Below, one piece after another: positions 9,816 through 20,565 of a DNA stretch of 52,401 bases. How positions within the stretch are numbered: the first letter of the stretch is position 1; every line of letters starts with the position of its first letter. Made by a program: the position numbers and the translations under genes. The stretch comes from an uncultured bacterium. Its GTDB lineage: Bacteria > Schekmanbacteria > GWA2-38-11 > J061. The stretch covers positions 1-52,401 of the forward strand of contig CAZJVM010000011.1 of NCBI GenBank assembly GCA_964549305.1, read 5' to 3'. Below the pieces are notes generated by a model that was not told the DNA's origin, did not search any database, and saw only the letters and a list, made by a program, of their open reading frames with translations.

Positions 9816-10055
9816 TTATCGCCTGAAAAAAAACCTGAGTATAAGAGTTAAAATGACGCTGATGACAATGCAGGTGGCAATGGGAAAATAAAAGGTATAG
9901 TTCTTTTTTTCAATTTTTATGTCACCGGGAAGATTCCCGAGTTTATCCAGAAAGGAAATTTTACCGAACAGAGAGTTTGAGAAGATAAAAAGCAGACCTA
10001 TTGCGGCGATTACAACTCCTGTAACAAAAAGAATTTTTCCAATATTTAAAGGCAT
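9816..10055 (-). CDS. DUF2905 family small membrane protein
   Basis: Likely start MPLNIGKILF; LGNLPGDIKIEKKNYTFYFPIATCIVIS signature. Confidence 0.85.
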   Translation of the reverse strand: MPLNIGKILFVTGVVIAAIGLLFIFSNSLFGKISFLDKLGNLPGDIKIEKKNYTFYFPIATCIVISVILTLILRFFFRR

Positions 10056-10060
10056 AGGAT

Positions 10061-10627
10061 TTATTTCGAGCGCTTTCTTTTTTCTTTTTCCTTTATTCTC
10101 TGACTCCTCTCCGAGAAACTGAACGCGCAACCGCAATACTTCTGCCTGTACATCTTGATTTTTAAAGACTCTTCCACTCCTCTGCGCCATCCCCTTCTGA
10201 AATCGTCATACACAAAATCAAGATTATAGGCGCGGGATATTTCCTGAGACAATTCCTTCAGTTTTTCATGATTCATATAAATGCTGTAAAGAAGAGTGGA
10301 TGAAAAAAATTTGTATCCCCTTTCCGCCGCCTTTTTTGCCGATTCCTCGAGTCTCATTCTGTAGCAGACTTCACAACGTCTTTCTTCCCTGCCTTTTACG
10401 GCTGTGAGAAAATCTTCGTATCTTTCGGAAACAGAGGAATATACAACGGGGATTCCTTCTGACCTCAGATATTCTTCCATTGTAATCCTTCTTCTTTCAT
10501 ATTCCCGATGAGGGTAAATGTTTGGATTGTAAAAAAAGGAAGTCACATCGAACTTTTTTCGTAACTCTTCCAGAGGATAAATTACGCAGGGACCACAACA
10601 CGTATGAAGAAGAATTTTATCGGACAA
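10061..10627 (-). CDS. queH: Epoxyqueuosine reductase QueH (DUF208)
   Basis: LLHTCCGPC, FYNPNIYP, RCEVCY, YRQKYCGC. Confidence 0.92.
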   Translation of the reverse strand: MSDKILLHTCCGPCVIYPLEELRKKFDVTSFFYNPNIYPHREYERRRITMEEYLRSEGIPVVYSSVSERYEDFLTAVKGREERRCEVCYRMRLEESAKKAAERGYKFFSSTLLYSIYMNHEKLKELSQEISRAYNLDFVYDDFRRGWRRGVEESLKIKMYRQKYCGCAFSFSERSQRIKEKEKRKRSK

Positions 10628-10629
10628 TT

Positions 10630-11562
10630 TTAAATCCCTCCTGTAAGCCCCAGTATCCGCGCATAATTAAGCACCTCGTCTATTTCTTTTTGTTCAGGAC
10701 TTCTGTTTAACTCTCTGTAATCCTCAGCCCTAAAACAGGGGCGATACTGCCCCATTACATTCACATATGCCTTTGATGATATTTTTTCTGATATAAACTT
10801 CAAGATATTTTTTGAATCTTTCGCCATTCCCGGCATAACGAGATGTCGAATCAAAAGTCCTCTTTCAGCAATTCCCCTGCTGTTTATTTTTAAATCGCCT
10901 GTCTGCCTCTGCATTTCAATCAGGGCAGACTTCACATATTTTGGGTAATCATCAGCGTTTGTGAACTCCGACGCGCTTTTATCATCAAAAAACTTGGCAT
11001 CGGGCATATAGATATCAATTATTCCATCGAGCAATTCCAGTGTATCCAAACTTTCATACCCACCGCAGTTATAGACAATGGGAATTTCAAGACCTCTCCC
11101 TGCGGCAATCGACAAAGCTTCAACTATTTGAGGGATAAAATGCGTGGGTGTCACAAGGTTGATATTATGGCATCCCAATCTCTGCAGGTTTAACATAATC
11201 GCGGACAAATCCGGTGCATTTACCTCAGTGCCTTTATCCAAATGGCTTATGTCGTAATTCTGACAGAAGATGCACCCCAGGTTGCAATGGGCGAAAAATA
11301 TTGTGCCGGAACCGAACTCGCCCACCAGAGGCGCTTCTTCGCCGAAATGAGGACCTGAGCTTGAAACAAGGGAAACTGCGACTGCCCCGCATTTCCCCCC
11401 TTCGCCTTTGATTCTGTCAACACGGCACTTATGGGGGCAGAGAGTACAGGATTCAAGGATGGCATTTAATCTTTCAGCACGTTTTTCAAGCTCACCGCTT
11501 TTGTAGAGTTTCAAGTATGAGGGTTTCATAAATTCCCGACCCGGCATCAAGTTCTTCGGCAA
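10630..11562 (-). CDS. Radical SAM protein, PflX-like (true start may be MKPSY at 11529)
   Basis: CTLCPHKC, HFGEEAPL, CNLGCIFCQN (CxxxCxxC), RHLVMPG. Confidence 0.88.
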   Translation of the reverse strand: MPKNLMPGREFMKPSYLKLYKSGELEKRAERLNAILESCTLCPHKCRVDRIKGEGGKCGAVAVSLVSSSGPHFGEEAPLVGEFGSGTIFFAHCNLGCIFCQNYDISHLDKGTEVNAPDLSAIMLNLQRLGCHNINLVTPTHFIPQIVEALSIAAGRGLEIPIVYNCGGYESLDTLELLDGIIDIYMPDAKFFDDKSASEFTNADDYPKYVKSALIEMQRQTGDLKINSRGIAERGLLIRHLVMPGMAKDSKNILKFISEKISSKAYVNVMGQYRPCFRAEDYRELNRSPEQKEIDEVLNYARILGLTGGI

Positions 11563-11681
11563 ATTCCGTTAAGGAAAGAAAAAGGATGAAGAAAACAAAA
11601 AGCACACTTTTTTAAAAAACATCCTCTTTTTTAATTTGAGTCCCCTGCTTTAAATTTCCCCGTAATTACATTCAGAAAAAA

Positions 11682-12470
11682 TCAATAATTTCCCGTAATT
11701 CCCGTTATTTTGTTCATATATTCACGGGCTTTTATCTTGAGTCCTTCATCATTGCTTGATGAGATAATCCAGTTAAACTCACCCATTGCTTCATCATAAA
11801 AACTTCTCTTAAAATAATTCACTCCCAGATTAAAATGGGAGGGCGCAAAATCCGGGTCCGCGGCAATAGAGCGTTCATAATAGCGCGCCGCATCCTTCAG
11901 GTTCCCTCGCCTGTCATAGATAACTCCGAGAAAATAGAGGCTTCTTATATGCTCAGGCGCATATTTCAGCACATTTAAAAAATTCTTTTCAGATCTGTCA
12001 ATATCATCAAGCATAAAATAGGCATTTCCCAGATTATAGTAAACCATTCCGGGAGATTTATAGAGAGGGTCGTCGATAATCTTTTCCCATTGGATTATGG
12101 CATCTGCGAGATTTCCCTGCATTGCCATTGCCGAAGCCAGCCCGTTTCTTATTTCCGATGCTTCGGGTTTTATGCGAAGAGCGTTTTTATAATACCTTAT
12201 CGCGTTTTCATATTCCCTGAGCATGGAGTAGGCAAGGGCAAGGTCATTTATATAGTAGGCATTTTTTCTGTCCAGTTTGACAGCGCTTTCGAAATTTTTA
12301 AGGGCTTCATCATATCTTTCGTCGGAAAATAATTTCACACCCGCATTATGGTAGAGGATAGAGAGTCTTTCGTCTTCCTCCCTTTGAGCGGCACTTTTGC
12401 AGGAACTGCAAAAAGCGATGACGATTAATACAAAAAGAATTGAAAGCGTTATAGGACTTTTCTTTTTCAC
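11682..12470 (-). CDS. TPR lipoprotein, type IV pilus pilotin PilF/PilW-like
   Basis: Lipobox FCSSC, tandem TPRs, DPLYKSP..YYNLG motif typical of PilF/PilW. Confidence 0.7.
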   Translation of the reverse strand: MKKKSPITLSILFVLIVIAFCSSCKSAAQREEDERLSILYHNAGVKLFSDERYDEALKNFESAVKLDRKNAYYINDLALAYSMLREYENAIRYYKNALRIKPEASEIRNGLASAMAMQGNLADAIIQWEKIIDDPLYKSPGMVYYNLGNAYFMLDDIDRSEKNFLNVLKYAPEHIRSLYFLGVIYDRRGNLKDAARYYERSIAADPDFAPSHFNLGVNYFKRSFYDEAMGEFNWIISSSNDEGLKIKAREYMNKITGITGNY

Positions 12471-12546
12471 TCTGTTTCTTGATGAAACTGTTTAAAGTAA
12501 ATCTGAACCGGGCGAAAGCGATGAAAAAGGCAATTTAAAATTGGCG

Positions 12547-15135
12547 CTAATTTGCCACTGCCCTCCCGGAAGAGCCACAGCATTTTTTATATTTCTTGCC
12601 GCTTCCGCAGGGACATGGTGAATTCCTTCCAACCTTTTCACTGCCGCGCCTGACAGTTTGCTTTTTCTCTTCTCCTTCTCCGTGATTCATTCTGATATTT
12701 TCGAGCTTCTTCTGCTGTTTTTCGTAGATTTCGGATTCATCGACTATTTCAACCTTGAAAAGGTGTTCAAGAGCATCATCTTTAGCTTTTTCCACTGTTT
12801 CGGAAAACATGGCAAAACCTTCTTTCTTGTATTCAACGAGAGGGTCAAGCTGACCGTATCCTCTGAGCCCTATTCCCTCTTTGATATGGTCCATTGAAAG
12901 AAGATGGTCTTTCCAGTGCATATCGGTTGCCTGAAGCACGATCATTCTTTCAAGCTCATCTGCTTCATCGCCTATCTTGTTTTTCCTCTCTTCCTTCTTT
13001 GCCTTATATATCCCTACAAGCAAATCCGTTACGGCATCTCTAACTTCGCCATACTCTTTATTTTCAAAACTGATTCCTTCCTTCTGAATATCGATTCTGA
13101 ACTGTCTTTGAATGGAATCAATTATATGCTCTCGCTGTTCTGTTAAATCCTCTTCCGCCTCGTATTCCTCAAAGAGCGCCTCTATCACTTCCTCTATCAT
13201 CTCTTTCACCGTTTCTTCAATTTCTTCGGTGTCGAGAACTTCATTTCTCATTTGATAGATTATTTCCCTCTGCTGGTTCATTACATCGTCATATTCGAGA
13301 AGCTGTTTTCTGATGCTGAAATTATGCCCCTCGACATTCTTCTGCGCTCTTTCTATGGACTTTGTTACCCAGGGATGCTCGATCGGCTGGCCTTTTTCCA
13401 TTCCTATCTTTTCCATAATATTGGAGGTTTTCTCCATTCCGAATATTCTCAACAGGTCATCCTCCATTGAAAGGTAAAAGCGCGACGATCCCGGATCTCC
13501 CTGTCTTCCTGACCTTCCTCTGAGCTGATTGTCGATTCTTCTGCTTTCATGCCTCTCGGTACCTATGATATGCACTCCGCCCAAGGATACTACCTCCTTC
13601 TCCCTTTCGGCATCCTTCTCCTTTGTTTCGGGGTTAACGCCTCCCAAAACGATATCCGTTCCCCTGCCTGCCATATTCGTCGCAATTGTAACTGCCTGTT
13701 TTCTTCCCGCCTGCTCGATTATCTCGGCTTCTTTTTCGTGATACTTGGCATTGAGAACATTGTGCTTTACTCCTCTCTTCTTGAGCATAGCACTTATCAA
13801 TTCCGAATTTTCGATGGAAATGGTTCCCACGAGAACGGGTTGTCCCGCCTTGCAGCACTCCTCGATTTCATCGACTACGGCATCGAATTTTTCCTCTGCA
13901 GTGCGGTAGATTACATCGGAATGCTCGACTCGCCTGAGTGGCTTGTTTGTGGGTATTACTATAACTTCGAGATTGTATATTTTCTGAAACTCTTCAGCTT
14001 CCGTATCCGCGGTACCTGTCATACCGGCAAGCTTGTTATACATTCTGAAATAATTCTGAAATGTTACCGTGGCAAGGGTCTGATTTTCATTTTCGATTTT
14101 AACATCTTCCTTGGCTTCAAGCGCCTGATGAAGACCATCGCTGTATCGCCTTCCGGGCATAAGGCGTCCCGTAAATTCATCAACAATCATTACCTCGCCA
14201 TCCTTCACGACATAATCCACATCCTTCTTAAAAAGTGTGTGAGCTTTAAGTGCCTGATTCACGTGGTGGATAAGCTCGATGTTTTTAGGGTCATAAAGAT
14301 TGTCAACTCCGAGATGTTTCTCCGCCTTTAAAACTCCCTCTTCCGTTAAAGCGACGGTCCTCGTTTTTTCCTCAATTGTGTAATCCTCTTCCGCTTTGAG
14401 GTGGGGAACGATTTTATCGACAGCATAATATTTGCCTGTCGATTCATCTGTGGGTCCTGATATTATAAGGGGTGTCCGCGCTTCATCTATGAGAATGCTG
14501 TCAACTTCATCGACAATGCCGTAATTCAACTCGCCCTGACACTTATCTTCCTGCCTGAACTTCATATTGTCCCTGAGATAATCAAATCCGAATTCATTGT
14601 TCGTACCGTAGGCTATATCGCAATGATATGAGGCATATCTCTCCTCGTCATTCATGTCGTGTTGAATAATTCCCACTGAAAGCCCAAGAAATTTATAAAT
14701 TTTCCCCATCCAGTCGGAGTCCCTTTTCGCAAGATAATCGTTGACGGTAACCACATGGACGCCTTTCCCGCTAAGGGCATTCAAATAGACGGGTAGTGTG
14801 GCAACAAGCGTTTTGCCTTCACCTGTTTTCATTTCCGCGATCTTTCCCTGATGAAGAATTATTCCGCCTATCATCTGCACATCGAAGTGGCGCATTCCGA
14901 GCGTTCTTTTCGATGCTTCCCTTACAACCGCAAAGGCTTCAGGCAGGATATCGTCTAAAGTTTCCCCTGCGGAAATCCTCTTCCTGAATTCCTCTGTTTT
15001 ATCTTTCAGGGCAGTGTCAGAAAGAGCTGATATGGCAGGTTCAAATCGGTTAATTTCATCGAGCACCGGCACCATTGACTTCAAAACACGTTCATTTCTC
15101 GTTCCTACAATCTTCTTAAAAATATACTTAAACAT
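12547..15135 (-). CDS. secA: Preprotein translocase ATPase SecA
   Basis: [34 protein letters not shown]-terminal [22 protein letters not shown]. Confidence 0.99.
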   Translation of the reverse strand: MFKYIFKKIVGTRNERVLKSMVPVLDEINRFEPAISALSDTALKDKTEEFRKRISAGETLDDILPEAFAVVREASKRTLGMRHFDVQMIGGIILHQGKIAEMKTGEGKTLVATLPVYLNALSGKGVHVVTVNDYLAKRDSDWMGKIYKFLGLSVGIIQHDMNDEERYASYHCDIAYGTNNEFGFDYLRDNMKFRQEDKCQGELNYGIVDEVDSILIDEARTPLIISGPTDESTGKYYAVDKIVPHLKAEEDYTIEEKTRTVALTEEGVLKAEKHLGVDNLYDPKNIELIHHVNQALKAHTLFKKDVDYVVKDGEVMIVDEFTGRLMPGRRYSDGLHQALEAKEDVKIENENQTLATVTFQNYFRMYNKLAGMTGTADTEAEEFQKIYNLEVIVIPTNKPLRRVEHSDVIYRTAEEKFDAVVDEIEECCKAGQPVLVGTISIENSELISAMLKKRGVKHNVLNAKYHEKEAEIIEQAGRKQAVTIATNMAGRGTDIVLGGVNPETKEKDAEREKEVVSLGGVHIIGTERHESRRIDNQLRGRSGRQGDPGSSRFYLSMEDDLLRIFGMEKTSNIMEKIGMEKGQPIEHPWVTKSIERAQKNVEGHNFSIRKQLLEYDDVMNQQREIIYQMRNEVLDTEEIEETVKEMIEEVIEALFEEYEAEEDLTEQREHIIDSIQRQFRIDIQKEGISFENKEYGEVRDAVTDLLVGIYKAKKEERKNKIGDEADELERMIVLQATDMHWKDHLLSMDHIKEGIGLRGYGQLDPLVEYKKEGFAMFSETVEKAKDDALEHLFKVEIVDESEIYEKQQKKLENIRMNHGEGEEKKQTVRRGSEKVGRNSPCPCGSGKKYKKCCGSSGRAVAN

Positions 15136-15196
15136 TTTTCCTCTCTTCAGCTTATATTGCTTTTTAAATCACTATTAATCAATATGTGACTTTTCA

Positions 15197-15226
15197 ATAT
15201 TACATCTAAGGCAAAGCCTTTGTCAA
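15197..15226 (-). promoter_or_regulatory. Putative sigma-70 promoter of secA
   Basis: Minus strand TTGACA-N18-TAATAT. Confidence 0.5.
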
Positions 15227-15284
15227 TCAGATGAAATCAATAACAGTGAGAGATACTTGGGCAGAAAACTCAGGATAAATAATA

Positions 15285-16238
15285 TCAGGATTTACTGTTT
15301 CTGTAGTAATAGAGGACAGGATTAACGGTGCGGTCATTATACCTTAATTCGAAATGAAGATGCGGTCCCGTTGTACGTCCGCTGCTTCCCACATAGGCGA
15401 TCACATCTCCTTTTTCCACTGCATCCCCCCTGCTCACATTGAGGCGCACATTATGGGCATAAAGACTTTCAAATCCCATACCGTGGTCAATAATAACTTT
15501 TCTCCCGTATCCGGAATAGTCGTAGCCGGCGACTTTTACAGACCCGGAAGCAATCGCTTTCACAGGCGTCCAGTAAGCGGAAGAAATATCTATACCTCTA
15601 TGAAAGGAGACCTTTCCGGAAATTGGGTCGATTCTTGTTCCGTAGCGCGACCTTATCCTTCCCGGAACCGGCAAAAATGAATATACGAAAGGAGGACTGC
15701 TTCTGTAAAATCTGCGTCTTGTAAAAAAATCATTTATTTCAGAAAAGACTTTTTCTCTCATTAAAAGAGTATCGAAAAGATTTTCCGCGTTCTTGTCATA
15801 GAAATTGTGTCCGTAAATCATAGAATACTGCGTGAAGCTTTCGGGACCTCCCAAACCTCTTTTGTCCAAAGCGGATTTTTCATTTTCGGCCTTTTCCGTA
15901 CTCAACCCGAAAATATCCTTAAGCTTATCCTCGAGCTCATTCACCCTCTCCGACTGAGTTTTCAGCATATAAATATCTTCGCGGTATTTCTGATTCTCCC
16001 TTCTCAGCAATTCATTGCTCTTTTGCAGATAGTTGCCATTCAGCTTTTGCACGCTTTCCTGATGCCTTGCTCCCATCAAAAAGGAAAGAGCGCCCACAAA
16101 TAACAGGGCTGTTATTCCGCAAAGAGCATAAACTACCAACTTTATTTTATTCACCGGTTTCTTCATAATTTTTAAGCCAACAAAATAATTCATACTCAAA
16201 ATATATATAAATTTTACAAGAGGAGTGTATTTCCACAC
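15285..16238 (-). CDS. M23 family peptidoglycan metallopeptidase (start uncertain)
   Basis: TM helix plus coiled coil; HRGID, YAH, TGPHLHFE; M23-secA adjacency is common. Confidence 0.9.
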   Translation of the reverse strand: MWKYTPLVKFIYILSMNYFVGLKIMKKPVNKIKLVVYALCGITALLFVGALSFLMGARHQESVQKLNGNYLQKSNELLRRENQKYREDIYMLKTQSERVNELEDKLKDIFGLSTEKAENEKSALDKRGLGGPESFTQYSMIYGHNFYDKNAENLFDTLLMREKVFSEINDFFTRRRFYRSSPPFVYSFLPVPGRIRSRYGTRIDPISGKVSFHRGIDISSAYWTPVKAIASGSVKVAGYDYSGYGRKVIIDHGMGFESLYAHNVRLNVSRGDAVEKGDVIAYVGSSGRTTGPHLHFELRYNDRTVNPVLYYYRNSKS

Positions 16239-16262
16239 AAGAAGAAATTTGTCAAGGAGATG

Positions 16263-18128
16263 CTAAGCGCTCTGTTTGTCCATATTCCTTATTCTTGACT
16301 TGACATCTTTGAAGAAGGGATTTTCGTCCAATATATCGTTGTAGTCAGACAGGGCTTTTTTGGGATTATCCATCATCTCATATAACAAAGCTCTGTTGTA
16401 TTTTATGAGAAGACATTCCTCGCTGTTTTCACTGCATTTTTCAAGGGCATTTTCCAGTATATCGAGAGATTCCTCACTGTTTCCCATATAAAAGAGACAT
16501 CTTGCCGTAAATATGATGCTGTCCATATAAAAACGGGAATTGCCTATGCTTTTTTTAAATTCATCTATTGCTTCTGCAAAAAGCTCCATTTCCATATACG
16601 CAATCCCGAGGTCAAAATGTGTCTGGCTGTCATTTTCCTCTATCGTGCAATCAACTGCCCTTTTAAAATCCACAAGAGTGTCTTCCACGTCGATTGGCTT
16701 ACCGTTGTTTATCATTTTGCTTCCGGGCTTCTTTTTTCCTTCGATGTCCTGCTGAAGCTCCTGTGAAAGATTGAATAATGTATCGTTTTCACCTGAAGAT
16801 TTTTCCACTGATTCGTCCCCTGAAAGAACTTCGGTCTTCTCAGCGACATTGGAAGTATGCGAATTTACGGCAGTCTCAGCAACGACAGGGGCATCGTCTT
16901 CCATAATAAATTCGGCGATATCTTCATCTTCTGCCGGGAGTTTGTCTTCAGATTCCTTAATGCTTTTGTTGAGCCCGTCAACCTGCTTCTTTATGTTTTC
17001 ATCATCGGGACAAAGCTTTAAGGCACGTTCCGCGTAAATCAGGGATTCCATTAGTTTTCCGTCGCTTTCAAAGGATATTGAAAGATAAATGTTATCTTCC
17101 GCCGCCGCCTTTTTATCTCCTTTAATCTCGAAAATCTTCGCTCTCTTTTCGCGCGTGGCGTGATCGAGCAACTCCTCGTCATCGAGCTCGGCGCACATAT
17201 TGAGAAATTCTTCGTACTCTTTCTTTTCATAGAGCTTTGAAAGAATCTTTTTGTATATATTCTCCGCTTCGCCGTTCTTCCCAAGCTTCGCGTAAACTCT
17301 TCCAAGAAGTTTCACGTATTCAATATTATCCTCTTCCTCTTCAAGGACTTTTTTCACCATATTGAGAGCCTGAGCAGTTTTGTCGCAGGCATAGAAAACT
17401 CTGCTCAAAAGTTTCCGGGCGCGGATGTCTTCCATCTCTGAAATCTTGTGCTCATCGGCAAAAGCAGACGCCTCGGCAATCTTCCCTTCTTTTAGAAGGC
17501 ATTCTGCCGCCATAAAAAGCGCGTCATTGCTCCCGGATTCGGATTTCAGGCACTTAATAAAACTTGAATATGCTTCGCCGTAGTTCTCCGATTCAAAAGC
17601 ATCCATTCCCACCTTGTAATACTGCTCAAAAACTATTTCGTCTTCATTTGAATCGGAAAGCGCCTGCATAAGAATCTTTTTCACTGTAGGATCATTGGGA
17701 GTGAGGTCATAAAGCTTTCTCAGCGTTTCTATTTCATTTTTTTTGTCTTTCTGCTTCGAGTAGTAATCAAGAAGCCAGTTATAAGAATTTCGCGCTTCGC
17801 CCACGAGTTTAAGCGCGGAATAAGCATCAGCCATAACACGGTATATTTCAGGATTGTTCTTCTCAAGCCTTACAGCTTTTTTAAGCATTGCGATACTTTT
17901 GTGATAAAAACCGCGCGCGGACATCTCTTTTGCTATATACACAAAGCAGTTTACCGCTTCGCTGACCATTCCGATTCTCGAATAGATGTCGCCCAGAGTA
18001 TTGCGCGCTTGCATATCATCGGGAACCGATTCTATAAGCTCTTCATAAAGCTTTAGCGCCTTTCTTACATCCCCTTTCTGAACCGCACGTTGCGCAGACT
18101 CTTTAAGAAATTTTTTACTGTCCATCAC
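16263..18128 (-). CDS. Long TPR-repeat protein with acidic linker and C-terminal TPR module
   Basis: Multiple TPRs; DSQTHFDLGIAYMEMELFAEAIDEF. Confidence 0.85.
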   Translation of the reverse strand: MMDSKKFLKESAQRAVQKGDVRKALKLYEELIESVPDDMQARNTLGDIYSRIGMVSEAVNCFVYIAKEMSARGFYHKSIAMLKKAVRLEKNNPEIYRVMADAYSALKLVGEARNSYNWLLDYYSKQKDKKNEIETLRKLYDLTPNDPTVKKILMQALSDSNEDEIVFEQYYKVGMDAFESENYGEAYSSFIKCLKSESGSNDALFMAAECLLKEGKIAEASAFADEHKISEMEDIRARKLLSRVFYACDKTAQALNMVKKVLEEEEDNIEYVKLLGRVYAKLGKNGEAENIYKKILSKLYEKKEYEEFLNMCAELDDEELLDHATREKRAKIFEIKGDKKAAAEDNIYLSISFESDGKLMESLIYAERALKLCPDDENIKKQVDGLNKSIKESEDKLPAEDEDIAEFIMEDDAPVVAETAVNSHTSNVAEKTEVLSGDESVEKSSGENDTLFNLSQELQQDIEGKKKPGSKMINNGKPIDVEDTLVDFKRAVDCTIEENDSQTHFDLGIAYMEMELFAEAIDEFKKSIGNSRFYMDSIIFTARCLFYMGNSEESLDILENALEKCSENSEECLLIKYNRALLYEMMDNPKKALSDYNDILDENPFFKDVKSRIRNMDKQSA

Positions 18129-18981
18129 TTTTCTTTCTTCTGCCCTCTCTATTCCACGAATGAAGGCAATATAATGATTCCTTTAAGGAATTAATCTCGT
18201 CAATTTCTCTCGATCTAAAAGGTTTTTCGACAAATTCAATTCCGTAACTTCCAAATAATTTCGTTATTGCATCTTTAAGTTCTCTCTCCGGAATTTCTTC
18301 TCCGAGAATATCTTTGATTCCGCAAAGCTTTTTTCTCAAATTTTCTACACCTTTTATCGGCAAATTCCCGCCATTTAGAAATATTCTATCCAAAATTTCA
18401 TAGTCCACGGCATTCATTATCGCGCCATGCTGAAGAAATACTCCCTTTGTCCTCCTTTGGGCACTGCCGGCAATTTTTCTACCCTGCCAGGACAATTCAT
18501 AATCGGATTTTGCGGCAAAACAGTTAAAATACTTCAAACGGGCATCTGAATCCCTCGTCTGCAATTCATCAAGCCTGATGCCAAATGTCTCAATTGCTTT
18601 CCCTATGAGATAATGCACAAAGAAATAAAGGCTTTTTGTCTTAGGAGAAGAAATAATGCCTTCAGGCACGGTTACGGCATAAGTCTGGTCATTGTGATGA
18701 AAAACCGTTTCTCCGCCGGTAATTCTCCGCACCCACTGAAAACCTCTCGACGATATAAAATCAACATCAAGAAATTGTTTAACATTTTGATTGTAACCTA
18801 TTGATATTCCAGATGGTTTCCATTGGTAATATCTAAGACAAGGCGTTGATGTTTTCCTTGTGTAATTCATCAGATATTCGTCTGCCGCCATATTAAAATA
18901 CGCGTCCGACGAAGGACATTCAACAAGACGCCATTTCCTTTCAGAAAGGCATTCCGCGATATATTCAGCATTCATATCCAT
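18115..18981 (-). CDS. Lipoate-protein ligase/octanoyltransferase (LplA/LipM family)
   Basis: NMAADE, VRRITGGETVFH, RKIAGSAQRR, LQHG; adjacent to gcv genes. Confidence 0.88.
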   Translation of the reverse strand: MDMNAEYIAECLSERKWRLVECPSSDAYFNMAADEYLMNYTRKTSTPCLRYYQWKPSGISIGYNQNVKQFLDVDFISSRGFQWVRRITGGETVFHHNDQTYAVTVPEGIISSPKTKSLYFFVHYLIGKAIETFGIRLDELQTRDSDARLKYFNCFAAKSDYELSWQGRKIAGSAQRRTKGVFLQHGAIMNAVDYEILDRIFLNGGNLPIKGVENLRKKLCGIKDILGEEIPERELKDAITKLFGSYGIEFVEKPFRSREIDEINSLKESLYCLHSWNREGRRKKSDGQ

Positions 18982-19078
18982 ATCCTGTTACATTTTATTT
19001 ATACGTGAAAGACAAAGATAACTTATATAAAGGGATAATAATATTTCAAGAAAAAGGGATTGCTCTGTTGAAAACCGT

Positions 19079-20545
19079 TTATGTGCGCTTTCCCGAGTAA
19101 TAATTTAAATCGAGGGTCTTTGCCGCCTTTACTTCATCCATTCTCGATACAGAAAGGTTATGAGGCGCGTTTTTTACTTTTTCCGGATCTTCTTTACATT
19201 CTTTGGCAATTTCAACCATCGCGTCGATGAAGGAATCGAGCGACTCCATACTCTCTGTTTCCGTAGGTTCTATCATAAGTGCTTCGTGAACAATAAGCGG
19301 AAAATATATTGTAGGGGGGTGGAATCCAAAATCCATAAGTCTTTTCGCTATATCAAGGGTTTTCACTCCCTGTTTTTTCTGCCTTTCCCCTGAAAGCACG
19401 AATTCATGCATACATTTTCTATCAAAAGGAAGGTCATAATATTCTCTGAGGGACTCCTTGAGATAATTCGCGTTTAGAATGGCATTTTCGCTTATCTCCT
19501 TCATTCCTTCAGGTCCCGCAGTAAGCATATACACATATGCGCGCACCATTACAAGGAAGTTGCCGTAAAAGGAGTGGAGTCTCCCGATGGATTTTTCCGA
19601 ACCGAAATCAAAGTGATAATGCTCGCTCTTCTTTACAACCAGAGGCATTGGCAAAAACTCTGAAAGTTCCTTCCTGACTCCCACCGGACCTGCGCCCGGA
19701 CCGCCGCAACCGTGAGGTGTCGAAAAACTTTTGTGCAGGTTAAAATGCACAATATCGAACCCCATATCTCCGGGTCTCATAATCCCAAGCATTGCGTTCA
19801 GGTTTGCGCCGTCCATATAGAGAAGGCTTCCGTTTTGATGAATCGCATCTGCAATATTGAGTATTCCGGTTTCAAAAAGCCCCAGCGTATTGGGATTAGT
19901 TATCATCAATGCCGCAGTGCGCGGATTTATTTCCTTCCTGAGCGCGTCTATATCTATTTCACCCTCCGGCGACGATTTCACGGTTTTGACCTTCATCCCC
20001 GCAAGCGCCGCGCTTGCCGGATTCGTGCCGTGAGCGGAATCTGGAATAATTATCTCATCCCTTTCCTCTCCCCTGTCTTTGAAATATGCCCTGATTATAA
20101 GTGTACCGCACATCTCTCCCTGCGCGCCTGCTGACGGCTGAAGAGTTATTGCGTCCATTCCGCTTATTTTTGAAAGCATCTGTGAAAGCCCGTACATAAT
20201 CTCGAGCGCGCCCTGGCAATTTTCTTCAAGGGCAAATGGGTGAAGCGATTTAAATCCTTCAAGGGAAGCGAGTTTTTCGTTTATTCTGGGGTTGTATTTC
20301 ATAGTACAGGACCCCAGAGGATAAAATCCCGTATCGACACTGTAATTTTTTCTTGAAAGGTTTATGAAGTGCCTGATTATTTCCGGCTCGGAAACTTCGG
20401 GCAAAGAGGGCGAATCCTTTCTCAAAAGGTGCTCCGGCACTTCTTTTCCGGGAAATGCCTGAGGCACATCCAAAGGCGGAAGGGAGTATCCCTTCTTTCC
20501 TTCAGAGCTTATTTCAAAAATCAGTTTATTATAATTGCTTTTCAT
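19079..20545 (-). CDS. gcvPB: Glycine dehydrogenase (decarboxylating) subunit 2
   Basis: YPLGSCTMKYNP, SAHGTNPAS, HFNLHKSFSTPHG. Confidence 0.97.
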   Translation of the reverse strand: MKSNYNKLIFEISSEGKKGYSLPPLDVPQAFPGKEVPEHLLRKDSPSLPEVSEPEIIRHFINLSRKNYSVDTGFYPLGSCTMKYNPRINEKLASLEGFKSLHPFALEENCQGALEIMYGLSQMLSKISGMDAITLQPSAGAQGEMCGTLIIRAYFKDRGEERDEIIIPDSAHGTNPASAALAGMKVKTVKSSPEGEIDIDALRKEINPRTAALMITNPNTLGLFETGILNIADAIHQNGSLLYMDGANLNAMLGIMRPGDMGFDIVHFNLHKSFSTPHGCGGPGAGPVGVRKELSEFLPMPLVVKKSEHYHFDFGSEKSIGRLHSFYGNFLVMVRAYVYMLTAGPEGMKEISENAILNANYLKESLREYYDLPFDRKCMHEFVLSGERQKKQGVKTLDIAKRLMDFGFHPPTIYFPLIVHEALMIEPTETESMESLDSFIDAMVEIAKECKEDPEKVKNAPHNLSVSRMDEVKAAKTLDLNYYSGKRT

Positions 20546-20565
20546 AGAATCTAAAATCCGTTTTT

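Noticed and set aside
13549-14331. Long antisense ORFs (e.g. 260 aa opposite secA; also 48035-48718, 45250-45894, 40510-41094)
   Set aside because: Shadow ORFs on the opposite strand of well-conserved genes, with no motifs.
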